In this document: piece after piece, positions 17,211 to 62,381 of the stretch | Layout of the letters: each line of letters opens with the position of its first letter | Numbering within the stretch: position 1 is the stretch's first letter | Origin: the human T2T-CHM13v2.0 reference genome, Homo sapiens | Strand: one strand, 5' to 3' | Assembly: GCF_009914755.1 (NCBI RefSeq) | Contig: NC_060946.1 | Length of the DNA: 64,000 nucleotides | The notes under the pieces: generated by a model | Told to the model about the DNA's origin: nothing | What the model saw: only the letters and a program-made list of their open reading frames with translations | Database searches by the model: none | Position numbers and translations under genes: made by a program

Positions 17211-17760
17211 TGTTATTGGAAAGGGGTCCCGATCCAGACCCCAAGAGAGGGTTCTTGGATTTCGCGCAAGAAAGAATTTGAGGCAAATCCATAGCGTAAA
17301 GCAAAAGCGAGTTTATGAAGAAAGTAAAGGAGTAAAGGAAGGGCTACTCCATAGACAGCAGCCCTGAGGGCTGCCAGCTGCCCATTTTTATGGTTATTTC
17401 TTGATGATATGCTAAACGAGGGGTGGATTGTTCATGCCTCCCTTTTTAGACCATACAGCCTAACTTCCGGACATTGCTATGGCATCTGTAAACTGTCGTG
17501 GAGCTGGTGGGAGTGCAGCCGTGAGGATGGCCAGAGGCCACTCTCATTGCCATCTTGGTTTTGGTGGATTTTGGCCGGCTTCTTTGGGGCAAGCTGTTTT
17601 ATCAGCAAGGTCTTTCTGACCTGTATTCTTGTGTCATCTCCTGTCTCATCTTTTGACTTAGAATGCCTTGTCATCTGGGAATGCAGCCCAGTAGGTCTCA
17701 GCCTTGTTTTACCCAGCCCCTATTCACGATGGGGTTGCTGTGGTTCTAATGCCTCTGACA
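17211..17760 (-). mobile_element. MER41A solo LTR
   Basis: Minus strand TGTCAGAGGCATTAGAACC...GGGACCCCTTTCCAATAACA, 550 bp, TSD GTAC on both sides. Confidence 0.88.
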
Positions 17761-18279
17761 GTACCCACCTCACTGTGTTGGTGGGAGGTGTAACGGCATC
17801 AACATGAGCAAGATGCTCAGCGAGGGTTGCATGTGGCACACTGGTATTATGATTACTGTCATTCTGCAGCGATGGGTGGTACTGGGTCAGGCCACGAGAA
17901 CCTCCAGACACGGAGGGTCTGCCAGAGAAGGGGGCATTTAGCTGAGACCTGAGGCCTGATAGGGATTATTTGGGTGAGGAGGCTATAAGCCTGCTGAAGA
18001 CAACTTTTCAGGTGAGTTACGACCAAGGGTCAGGCTTTGTTACAGACTCACGTGCAAGGTGAAGGCCCTGAGAGACCCCTTCGAAGATTCACTCAGGGAA
18101 GGAACAAGAACTACCATTGGCCTCGACACAGAAACACCCTGTGGTTACAGGTCACTTGACCTGTGAGTGACAGTTATCCGCTGGGTGGGTGCCCAAAAGC
18201 AAGCCCAACAGTTCACAAAATTACCATTTTATCAGGAATGTTAATTTCTCTCTCTCTCTCTCTTTCTAAATTTTATTTT

Positions 18280-24299
<6,020 letters not shown>

Positions 24300-24903
24300 T
24301 TATAGGTATAAACTTGCCTCCAAATGGGCATGGGGTTTAAATACAAAATATCTTGGTGGTTTGGAATTGAGTTGAAGTGGTTGCAGGTTGGCTGCACTAA
24401 AGCACTTGGCAGGAGCAAATGTAAATCACCTCTGAGGGAGAGCACTTTCAACTTAACTCCTCCAGGTTCCCACAGACTAAGATTGGTCAAACATGACATC
24501 ACATCTAAAAATCACAAAACATGTAAGTATGCTCAAAATGGTCACAGAGATAAAAGATGCAACTGAAAACATGAATAAGGAATGAGGAAACTATCAGAAA
24601 GAATAGGAACCAAAGAACATGGTAGATTTGAAAAGGAACAATATATGCCTTTTAAAATGAGAAAAATAATTGAAATTTATTTTTTTCTCTTCCTTTTCTG
24701 GAAATATTTTTTTCATCAATCTCATTCTTAAATGAATGAGAACTATAATTCTGAGTTAATGGTTATTCTTAACTCTCTTTCTTGACCTTCACTGTTGTTG
24801 TCAGTCTAATTATTCCTTTGGGAGATATTTATCTTTTCTTTTGACTGTTTTTTTTAAATTAACAAATGAAAATTATATATATTTACCATGTGCAACATAT
24901 TGA

Positions 24904-25263
<360 letters not shown>

Positions 25264-25683
25264 TAGCCAGGATGGTCTTGATCTCCTGACTGTGATCTGC
25301 CCGCCTTGGCCTCCCAAAGTGCTGTGATTACAGGCGTGAGCCACCATGCCAGGCGGAACTTATTCTTTCTAATTAAAATTTTGAATTCCCTGACCAACAT
25401 CTCCCCCACAACCTCGTTGCTCCTGATAACCACCATTCCACCCCATTTCTGAGTTCTTTTTATGTTCCACACATATGTGAGATTATGCTGCGTTTGTCTT
25501 TCTGTGCCTGGCTTATTTCACTTAACATAATCTCCTCCAAGTTCATCCATGTTGTCAAAAATAGGAGACTAACCCGAGTGGATTGCTTGAATTCAGGAGT
25601 TTGAAACCAGCCTGGGCAACATGGTGAGACCTTGTCTCTAAAATAAAAAAAAAACTTGGATTACATTATTAAATAGATTTTTA

Positions 25684-25854
<171 letters not shown>

Positions 25855-26337
25855 CTACAAAGTTTATATGCAAAAGATAGTTGTGTGATAGGTTGAGGTG
25901 GGTGGATCCCTTGAGCTCAGGAGTTCGAGACCAGCCTGGGCAACATGGCGAAAACCTGTGTATTTTGTGTTTCTCTACTAAAAATACAAACATTAGCTGG
26001 GCATGGTGGTGTGTGCCTGTAGTCCTAGCTACTCAGGAGACTGAGGTGGGAGGATAGCTTGAGCCTGGGAAGTTAAGGCTGCAGTGAGCCAAGATCATGC
26101 CACTGCACTCCATCCTGGGAAACAGAGTGAGACCCTGTCTCAAAAAAAAAAAAAAAAAAAAAAAAAGAGGTGATTTTCTATACTATCAACAATTAGAAAA
26201 TGAGGCTGGGCACGGTGGCTCATGCCTGTAATCCCAGCATTTTGGGAGGCCGAGGCAGGTGGATCACCTGTCAAGAGTTCACGACCAGCCTGGCCAACAT
26301 GGTGAAACCCTGTCTCTACTAAAAATACAAAAAATTA

Positions 26338-26481
<144 letters not shown>

Positions 26482-27161
26482 TCAAAAAAAAAAATTAGAA
26501 AATGAAATTAAAATTATATTAAAATTTTTATTTGTAATACATGAAATAACACAAAATTTTTAGGAATGGATTTAGCAAAAATGTGTAAGAATGCTACACT
26601 GAAAGCTACTAAACATTGCTGAGATAAATTAAAGAGGACCAAAATATGTGGGAGGCTGAGGCAGGAGGATTGCTTGAAGCCAGGAGTTTGAGACCAGCCT
26701 TGGCAATAAAGCAAGACCCTGCCCCTACAAAATAAATAAACAAATAAATACATGAGGAAATATACTATGTTCATATAATAGAAAACTCAATATTATTAAG
26801 ATGTCTATTCTCTCAATATATTTACAAATTCAGTGCAATACCAGTCAAATTCCCAGCAGGCTTTCTTGGGGAGTTAGAAATTGACAAGTTGATCCTAAAA
26901 TTTATATAGAAATAAAAATGACCTAGAATAACCAACAAATTAAAAAAGAACAAAGTTACAGGACTTATCTGCTTTCAAGACTTACTATAAAGTTACAGAA
27001 ATTAAACAGTATGGAATTGAAGAAAGTTATAAATATAGATCAAAGGAAAAGAATAGAGACAGAGTCCAGAAATAGACCCACACATATGTGGACAACTGAT
27101 TTTCAACAAAAGTGCAAAGGCAATTCAGTGGAAAAGGAAGTCTTTTTAAAAATGGTGCTGA

Positions 27162-27404
27162 GAGGTCCCTAGAATAGTCAAATACATGGAGACAGAAAGC
27201 AGAACTGTGGTTCTAAGAGCTGGGTGGAAAGGAGACTGGAGGACTTATTGTTCAGTGAGTATAGTTTAATACGGGGTGATGAAAATGTCCTGGAGATGGT
27301 GGCGAATTCACTTAATGCCACAAAATTGTATACTTAAAAATTGTTAAAATGGTAAATTTTGTTATGTATATTTTACCACAATAAAAACTAAATTTAAAAA
27401 TCTT
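27162..27404 (+). mobile_element. 5'-truncated L1MB-type 3' end nested in an older L1
   Basis: Ends TATATTTTACCACAATAAAAA; flanked by AAAAATGGTGCTGA and AAAAATGGTTCTGA (13/14 match, TSD). Confidence 0.7.
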
Positions 27405-28203
27405 AAAAATGGTTCTGAAACAACTGGACATGCTCCCCCAAAAAAAATATGAACAGCTACCTTTTCTTGATACCAAAAACAAAAATTAACTTGAAATTAA
27501 TGACAGGCCTAAATGTAAATGCTAAAACTACACAGCCTGGGCAACATGGTGAGACCCCCATCTCTTTTTTTTTGAGACGAATTCTCGCTCTGTAGCCCAG
27601 GCTGGAGCGCAGTGGCGTGATCTCGGCTCACTGCAACCTCTGCCTCCTGGGTTCAAGTAATCCTCCTGCTGTAACGCAGGCGTGCGCCAACGTGCCCACC
27701 TAATTTTTGTATTTTTAGTGGAGACGGGATTTTGCCATGTTAGCCAGGCTGGTCTCCAACTCCTGACCGCAGGTGATCCATGCGCCTTGGCCTCCCAGGA
27801 ATTACAGGTATGAGCCACCACGCCTGGCCCCCCATCTCTTAAAAAAAAAGAAATAAAATAAAACTATAAAACACAGGAAAATATTTTTGTGATCTTGTGG
27901 TAGGCAAAGATTTTTTAGAGTGAACCCAAAGAATATGAGAACGATTAAACAAAAAAGATAAATTGAATTCTATAATAATGCAAGACTTTTGTTCTTTGAA
28001 AGAGGCTATTACAAAAATGAAACGGCAAGCCAAGAAATTAGAGAACTTTTGCAATACATATATCTTATAAAAACTTGTATCCAGGGCCAGGCGCGGTGGC
28101 TCACGCCTGTAATCCCAGCACTTTGGGAGGCCGAGGTGGGCGGATCACGAGGTCAGGAGATCACGACCATCCTGGCTAACACGGCGAAACCCCATCTCTA
28201 CTA

Positions 28204-28401
<198 letters not shown>

Positions 28402-28671
28402 TTATATAAGGAGCTCCTAAATTTTAATAACTCAAACCACTCAGTTTTTAAAAATGGCAATAGACTAGAACAGACACTTCACGAAAGAAGCTATGTGAAT
28501 GGCCAATAAGCCATTCCCCAGCAGCCCGGACGTCCTTCTTGTGGTATGGCCGACTCTCTGGCTTTTGTTGGCTTCTTCATCTCTGATCCCATCTGCGTCA
28601 TTCCAGTCATAACCCATTTGATGGTTCTAACACGAGGATGGATTTATTATTTAAAAATATACATAGTTCTA

Positions 28672-29005
<334 letters not shown>

Positions 29006-29015
29006 TTAATTTTAT

Positions 29016-29068
29016 AAGACTAGTCAAGCGCAGCACTGATAAGGGGAAATCAGTAGAACAGGGAATTC
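29016..29068 (-). pseudogene. 5'-truncated Y1 RNA retropseudogene fragment
   Basis: AAGACTAGTCAAGCGCAGCACTGATAAGGGGAAATCAGTAGAACAGGGAATTC resembles the reverse complement of the hY1 3' half; decayed T-rich tail to the left. Confidence 0.7.
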
Positions 29069-29205
29069 ATTCTTTTTGTCTCTCCTGTGCTGTACCCTTA
29101 AACACGGTTATGATGGTGAACTGCATGTTATGTGCTTTTCACTACAATAAAAATAGGTACATAGATCTTAAATTGTCAGTGGCCTTTGAGAGAGTGGAGA
29201 GGTAA

Positions 29206-29475
<270 letters not shown>

Positions 29476-30317
29476 TAGAGACGGGGCCTCACTTTGTTGC
29501 TCAGGTTGTTCTTAAACTTCTGAGCTCAAGTGATCTGCTCACCTTGGCTTCCCAAAGTGCTGGGATTACAGGTGTGAACCACCTTGGCCGGCTAATTCCA
29601 CATTTCAATGTTAAAACAGTATTTTAAATTTAACACTCTTTCTAAGAATATACAACAAAGATCAGCCATCCCTTTACGCTGCTGTTTTGCTGCTAGATAT
29701 GGAGAACACACTCATCGGAATACACTCCAAAATCTGAACTAGCTTTGATGATGATAAAATTTAGAGTGTTTACCAGGTACTAGGCATGTGCTAAGCATTT
29801 TACACACACGTACCTCATCTAGTCCACACAATGGCCCAGGAGGCTGAGAACTGACCTGTGAGCCTCTGAAGGCAGACACCTTGCATCTCAACCAGGCCTG
29901 CCATCTGGCCAGAATGAATGAGGAAATGAAACAGTTTGTACTATAGTCCCCAGCTTAGCTGAGCACACACGGAGACATAGGAAGGCTAGGAAGCTTTCCT
30001 AGGCCACCTGGGTATTTGGTGGCTGAGCTGGGCATTTGCTCCAAGTCCAGCTCTTGAACTTCTCTGGGAAATGTATTGTTCCTTGAAACCAAACTGCAGA
30101 AGTGCTATCAGATTTCAGGGACTAAAATTAGAAACTCAAACCCCTTCAGAACCTTCCCTGTCTCCCAATCTCTATTTCTTCCAGTGTGACTTTCTTCTCG
30201 AGCCTGCTTAGCTTTGGATGTAAGGTACGTTCAGGATGGTAGGCCCCAGATGCCGGCCGTAGTGTGGTAGTGTGGCTTTCTTCTCAAGGCTACCACTCGG
30301 TCACCAGCAGCTCCTGA

Positions 30318-30570
<253 letters not shown>

Positions 30571-31256
30571 TAACCAGGATGGTCTCGATCTCCTGACCTC
30601 GTGATCCACCGGCCTCGGCCTCCCAGAGTGCTGGGATTACAGGCGTGAGCCACCGTGCCTGGCCATTCTCCTCATTTTAAGACACGTACTATCTCAGAAC
30701 AGGATTCACACTGGCCCCGCTTGGGTAACATGACTACCAGCTTCTCTACTGACTGGCCATAGTGACCCCGGACAAGTTAAGTTACCGCTTGTTAAATGAG
30801 GACAGTAACAGTGGTTCCCTGAGTGACTTTGTGATGATCGAATGAGCTAATATGTGTAATACACTTAGAATGGCATGTATGTGCTCATAAACCTTAGGGA
30901 ACAATCCATTTTCATAATTCTCACTGCACATTTCTTTTTCATTTAAACATTTTTCATAAATCTTTGTGGTGGTTCCAAGCAAAAAAAGTTTTTCTGTGAA
31001 ACTGTCACTATTGCCAGCTTTGGAGTTTGAATTATATGACCCTTTGTGGTCCTGGCCACAAAGCCAAGGCATTGACATAAAAGAAGTGCTGGGCTAGTGG
31101 TATAAGGGACATATCCAGGTTATTCAGGTTCTTACATAGATCCAGGCTCAACATGAGCTCATAACTCCTGGTCATAAAATTCTCACAGAAACAATCCACC
31201 AAGTGTAAGAATCAGTCCACGCCACGAAAAGCAGAATCAGACCATCAAAAAGTTCA

Positions 31257-31979
<723 letters not shown>

Positions 31980-33328
31980 TCAGAAACAAAACAAAACAAA
32001 ACAAAACTGGTTAACATGTAACTAAGTCTAAACAAGCATTTATTTTCCGACAGGGTTAGTAATAACAGAGATGACTAATTTGGAGATAACAACATGGACA
32101 AAAACCTATATAGGATGAGAGGAGCGATTGGAGGTTAAGTATTCTAAATTCTTTTTATTACACAGAAGGAAGATAGAGATACTAATTAACTTTAGACTTT
32201 GTTAATTACGCATGTGCAAAGTTTATTTATAAAAATGACAGAAAGAGAATGCATAACTTCCAAACCAATGGGAGCTGGAGGAAAGGAGAATAAAGAAAAC
32301 TTGATCAATCCAATAGAGGCAGAAAGAGAAAAAAGAAGCAGAGGAAAAAAGTACAAATGGCGTGAAATAAGATGGTAAAAATCAGTTAAAGTATATCATT
32401 AATCACAATATACATACTTTTAAAAATTAAAAATTGTCAGACTGGGTTTAAAAAAATCTAGCTGTACATACTATTTAGGAAGCACACTGAATATAAAGAC
32501 AGAAAGGATAAAAGCAAAATGATGGAAAGAGATATGAGGCCATGAAGAAGTGTGTTGTAGCTATATTAACTGTCGGAAAAAATAAAATTAAGACAAAAAG
32601 CTCAATTAGAGATAAAGAGCGGCCTCACATAATGATAAAAAGATGAATTTATCAGGAAGCTGTAATAATTTTAAACTTGTTAGCATTTAATGACAAAGCC
32701 ATAAAGTATATGAAACCAAAATTGGCAAAATTTCAAGAAGAGACTGACAAAGCCACTGTCACAGCAGAGATTTGAACACATCTGTCTCAGTAATTTATAA
32801 ATCAAACAGACAAAATATTAGAAAGTACACAGAACATGTGAATAAAACAAGCTTGATCTAATGGAGTTATATGTGAATATAATGAATACATATGAATTAA
32901 TATGTACCATAGATATGAATTATTGATTCATATATATGAATCAATACATATGATATAGATGATATCAATATATATGATAAGAATAGAAATACCTGTATCC
33001 AACAATTCCTACTGAATAAATAGGAAACTTTTACAAAAATGGACCATGTAGGATACAAAGAAAGGGTCTTTGTAGACCCTCAAAATATCAGTATTATCCA
33101 GATCCTTCTCTGACCATATATAATAAAATATCAATAACCAAGGGTTAGTCTTCTCCCAACAAAAAACAATATGCATTTGAAAATATAAATAAGCATACTT
33201 TTCAGCAATTCCCAAGCCAAAATAGATAATTGGTATTAGAAAATCAGAACAAAATGTCCAGGCGCAGTGGCTCATGCCTGTAATCCCAGCAGTTTGGGAT
33301 GCTGAGGCGGGTGGATTACCTGAGGTCA

Positions 33329-33590
<262 letters not shown>

Positions 33591-33769
33591 TTATCAAGAA
33601 TTAAGGGAACAGGTGTGTGACTGTAGTCTCGACTACCTGGGAGGCTGAGGCAGGAGGACGGCTTGAGCCCTGGAGTGGGAAAGTGGGAGGCTGCAGTGAG
33701 CTATGATCCTACCAGCCTAGGCAACAGAGTGATACTGTGTCCAAAAAAAAAAAAAAAAAAAAAAAAAAA

Positions 33770-33865
33770 GGCTGGTCCGAGTGCAGCGGCGTTTACAGCT
33801 AATTGATCACAACCAGCCAGTTACTTGTTCCTTCTTCACTCTCACTGTTTCACTTGACTAGTTTT
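33770..33865 (+). pseudogene. Y3 RNA retropseudogene
   Basis: GGCTGGTCCGAGTGCAG..GTTTACA..TAATTGATCACAACCAG..CACTTGACTAG matches hY3; followed by an A-tail. Confidence 0.92.
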
Positions 33866-34170
33866 AAAAAGTAAAAAAAAAAAAAAATTTAAAGGAAAGC
33901 TTAAGGGACATAATGAAAGTGGTACTTGGAAATTCATAGGTTTATGAAGAAACACTGAAAAAAAGACAAAAGAGAAACACTGAAAATTAATGAGCATCCA
34001 GCTCAATTTAGAAAAAGAATCAGGCTGGGCGTGGTGGCTCACGCCTATAATCCAGCACTTTGGGAGGCCAGGACAGGCAGATCGTGAGGTCAGGAGTTCG
34101 AGACCAGCCTGACCAACATAGTGAAATCCCCGTCTCTACTGAAAATACAAAAATTAACTGGGTGTGGTCA

Positions 34171-34335
<165 letters not shown>

Positions 34336-36663
34336 TCATAAAACTCAAAAAAGTAAAGAAATAAACATAAGAACAGAATAAAATAGAAAACAGAGATGGT
34401 CAAAAAAGGAAAAGCTAATTATTTAGAAATAGATTTGTATTCCTAGAAAAATAAAACTTAAGTAAGATTCAAGATAAAATGGAACCTAAATACACCTATA
34501 GATATTCAATAACTAGATGCAATAAAAACTCTACTCCCTGCAAATACTGTGTATTCAAGGATGGCTGCCTTACACAAGCTGGTCTGGAGTCTGGGAGAGG
34601 GACTGATCTGCAGAGGGGAAGTTGGGTGTGGACTTGTAGATGGAGGCTGGTGTGCTGACCCGCCACACAGCGGGAGCACTGCCACGCATCAGGCTGTGCC
34701 AGGGGCTTGGACACTTCAGTGGACCAAACCGGCAAAGGTCAATCTCCACTGGGTGCCTATATTTTGGCAGGGAAAGAAAGACACTAAAGCACAAATAAGT
34801 GAGTCAGAGTATGCTAGAAGGGCCTCAGGAGGAAGGCAGGGGACCAGAGTGAGGCAGTGGAGCAGTGTGGGGCCAGGCAGGCCCACCTGGGAGAGGAAGG
34901 TGGAGGGGATGGCCTGGGAGCAGAGGGTCCTCTCCCGAGGTGTGGAAACCAAGGGAGGTGAAGGTTCTGGGGAAGTCAGGTGGGACAGGACAGAAACGTG
35001 CCTGCGGGGTGAGCAGCACAGGTGCTGGTGTCACCTTTGGGAATCTTTTCCAGGGAAGTGGTCACCCAGGGTTTGTGGGCTGAGCGAGAGGGAGGGTAGG
35101 GAGTGAGTGAGAGGGGCCGGGGGAGCGATAGTGAGGGGTCGGGAGGGGACAGCTCTGAGTGCAGCTGAAGTGAGGCCAACAGCTCTGATAAGAGAGAAGC
35201 CAGCAGTGGGCAAACGCAGGCCCACCTGAGGTCCTGAAGGTGGGTGGGGGTGTGAGCCCCCTTGCTGGAGAGTATATTAAGATAGGAGGGCCGAGGTTTG
35301 GGGGGTGTCACAGGAAGTGCTGAGGCAGGGAGGGCCCTTGCAGTGGCCTCAGCCTGGGGTGGCAGCGGGGCAGTGGGCTGGGGTCCATCCAGGGGTTGGT
35401 TTGCACCCAGCACTATTCTGGGTGCTTTGCCCACATGAGCTCTCCCAGACCTTGTGAGGCCTATTTGTGTCTGAATGTGTGTGGGGGCAGGTGGGGAAGA
35501 AGTGGGGATGGTGAGAAGGACAGATCTTTCCAGAATTTTGGCCCTGTTGGAAGGAAGGAAAACCCTAGGGGCCATGGTGTCCTGTAAATCCCCACCTTCC
35601 AGGTCAGAGATGGGAGAGAAGAGGGGGTAGACCTGGGCCCAGGGTGGCCCTGCCTGGCCGGTGGGGTCTGGTGGGCCAGAGGGAGGGTCCTCAGGAAGCT
35701 TGGGGAGGCCGTGGGGAACCTGGGGATTATTCTCAACAAAGTAAGGGGCAAAGACATCCTGTGTCCCTTGGCTTCCTCTCCAGGAACCCCCCCGGAGCCC
35801 AGAGGACGTCATGTGTGTGAGTGCTTGTGGGTATTGTTATTTTTGCTGTTTGCCGGGGTGGCGGTGGAGCTGGGGAGTGACTCAGGCTTGGACTCTTTTC
35901 ACGATGTGAGCATCATGCGTGCCAGGCACTGTGCAGAACCCAGGCTCAGGGCGGCACTGGGCAGGGGCTACGGTGTTGCCCCGGGCAGTGGGTCTTTGAC
36001 CCAGCTGAGTCTGGGGACCATCAATCTGTGGGCTGCTGGTTGGTGAAGATGTGAGATTTTCTGTCAAAATGCTCAGTGGCCACAGCCCCAGTGCTGGCCT
36101 GGGGTGGCTGGATTCACCTGGGCTGGTGGGTTGGCAGGAGGCGGCTGGTGGGGCCCAGAGGTCCAGTCTAAGGGTCGGAGGAGTGCCGGCCAGGGTCTCT
36201 GGGTCCACCCAGCCGAGGGCAGGCTTGCAGGGAGACACCAAGGGAGAGGGAGGAGGCCCAGGGCTGTGGAAGACCTGGCTGCGGAGAGTCCATCACTGGT
36301 GGACTGGGAGGCCCCATCCACCACCTTCTGCTGGCCACAGTGGGATGAAGGGCCGGCACCTGGGAGCAAAGGCAGGTGGAGGTTGCGGTGGGAGGGACGG
36401 CAAGGAAGGTTAGGGTTAGGGCTGAAGGAGGGGTTGGGAGGGAGTTGGGGGCCTGGGTAACAGGGGTGGGAGAGACATGGGCAGGAAGACGGTGGAGACA
36501 CGAGGTGGGCCGGGAAGCACTGGTTTCCTCTCTCCAGGGCTGGGCCACAGGAAATCCAGCCCTCGTGCCTTCCAAGGTGCTTCCTGCCGATACGGGAGCC
36601 TCCAGGGCCCCTTCCTGCTCCCTGCTCCCGGGACCCCCACCCCTCCCATCCTGCCCCCTCCCC

Positions 36664-36820
36664 TGGGAGACCCTCAGCTGCACCACTCAGGCCAGGCCAG
36701 TGGCCTTGGGAGGGGCCTGTGATGCTGGGACCACAGTTCCTGGGCAGGGAGCAACCGTCTAGGCGTGGGGAGAACGCAGGACGTGACCCACACACCGCAC
36801 TGGAGGCTCCGCTCTGCCCG
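36664..36820 (+). other. SHANK3: Candidate upstream non-coding (5'UTR) exon of SHANK3; 5' boundary uncertain
   Basis: CCG|GTCAGT donor at 36820/36821 and good acceptors at 37921 and 38320. Consistent with my recollection of an upstream exon in current annotation, not verified. Confidence 0.45.
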
Positions 36821-38381
36821 GTCAGTGGCGTCCTGGGGAGGCGGGAGGAGGAAGCCAGACTGGTCCCAGGGAAGTGAGGCCCTGCTCTGGGGTTGACCAG
36901 AGGCTGTTTTGAGGGGAGAGGGCTCATCAGAAACACTCTGTCAGGGGTGCTCTGGGGTGAGCAGGTGCTGGTCGAGGTGGATCTGCTGGGGAGTGGGGGC
37001 TGTCCTTGGAGGGAGTGCCAAGCTCTGTTCTGTGTGGGTCAGGGTGTTTAGGATGGTCCAGGTTGTCACGCGGGGGAGGGTAGGGAGGTTTTTCTGCGTG
37101 TATGGGGGCCGGAGCAGTTCAAGGTTATTCCTGGGAGGCTCAGGCAAAATCCGTTTTGTGGGTGATCTGGAGCTGCTCTTGGGGAGGCTGGGGGTTAGAG
37201 GCTGTTTTCCTCCTTAGGCAGAGGGGTTCCCCAGGCTGGGCTCTTCTGTGAACGTTCTCAAGCTCTGCCCTCAGGGGGCCAGCGGCTCCTCTAGGAGGAT
37301 CTGGGGCTGCTTGGGGGCGGAGGAGGGGGGTGGGGAACGCCAGGCAAAGCGGGTTGGGAGAGTTCTGCAGGAGGCGGAACTATTTCGACTTAGGGGCTGC
37401 TCTTGGGGGCACAGGGGCTCGCAGTGCAGGACAGTTCCGAGAGGCCGCTCAGGGCTGGGGGGCCTGGTGCACCCCGATGGGGCGGCGGTGCCTGAGCTCG
37501 TTTCTTTACTGAGCTCCCCCCTCCTCCGCCCACTCATCACCCCCTCCCGCGTTGCCACGACAACGCGTAAAACTAAAATTCACTTCCCAGTCGCAGGTGG
37601 AGACTAGTAGCGCCCCCTCCCCTAGGCCCTTCCCCGTAGGTCGCGCCCCCATCCCGCCGTCGCTAAGGTGACGGGGAGGGGGCGACAGGCGTTGGATCCG
37701 GACCGGCCAGGGGTCCTTGGGGGGAAGTCCGGAGCAAACTCCCCAAACTAGGCTGGCGTGGGGGAGCCGCGCCGAACACGCCAGGGCGCGGTCGAAAGGG
37801 TTAATTCGGAGGGCCTCTCGCCGAGGCGGTGGGAAGGGCCCCGGGCCCTCCCCGGTCTGGAGGTCCCCGTGGTCCGACCCCCAGGCCTGGGGCGGGGGGG
37901 GGTCCCCGCCATCTCCTCCAGGCCCGAAGCTGGGGGTCGGTGGAGTGGGGGGGAGAAGCCGCCACCTCCGGAAATTAATTGTTTTTCTTTCCCCTTCTCG
38001 CCCTACCTTGGTCTTCGTGCCCCGACGCGGCCCCCACCCCAGCTCCGGGACCCCTTCCTCCGCCGCACCCGCCCCGGTGGTCCGCGGATGCCCGCCCTTG
38101 CCGCTCAGCCACTCCCCCCGCACCGAGGCCTAGGACTCCCCCCCCCAACCCCGTCACAGCCCCCCAGACCCCCGCCCCGTGGCTCGGCCCCCGCCCTCCG
38201 CACACACCTCCCGCCCCCACCCGGGACCCCGCAAGTAACCCCCCAGCACTGGCCCTGAGCCCTCCCGGCCCCCGCCTCCGGCGCAGCCCCCTCGCCACCC
38301 CCGCTTCCCTCCCGTCTCAGGCCCCCTCCCCCCGCCGCCCCCGCCCCCGGGGAAGGCAGGCGCCGAGCTGAGCCGGGGCCG

Positions 38382-62381
<24,000 letters not shown>

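Noticed and set aside
17211-17760. MER41 as an interferon-gamma/STAT1 enhancer
   Set aside because: This copy reads ...AAAAAGGGAGG^CATGAACAATCC and lacks the tandem GAS segment of MER41B, so it is MER41A type.
36408-36421. (TTAGGG)2 telomere-like seed (also CCCTAA x2 near 11725)
   Set aside because: Only two units, within chance expectation; not an interstitial telomeric tract.
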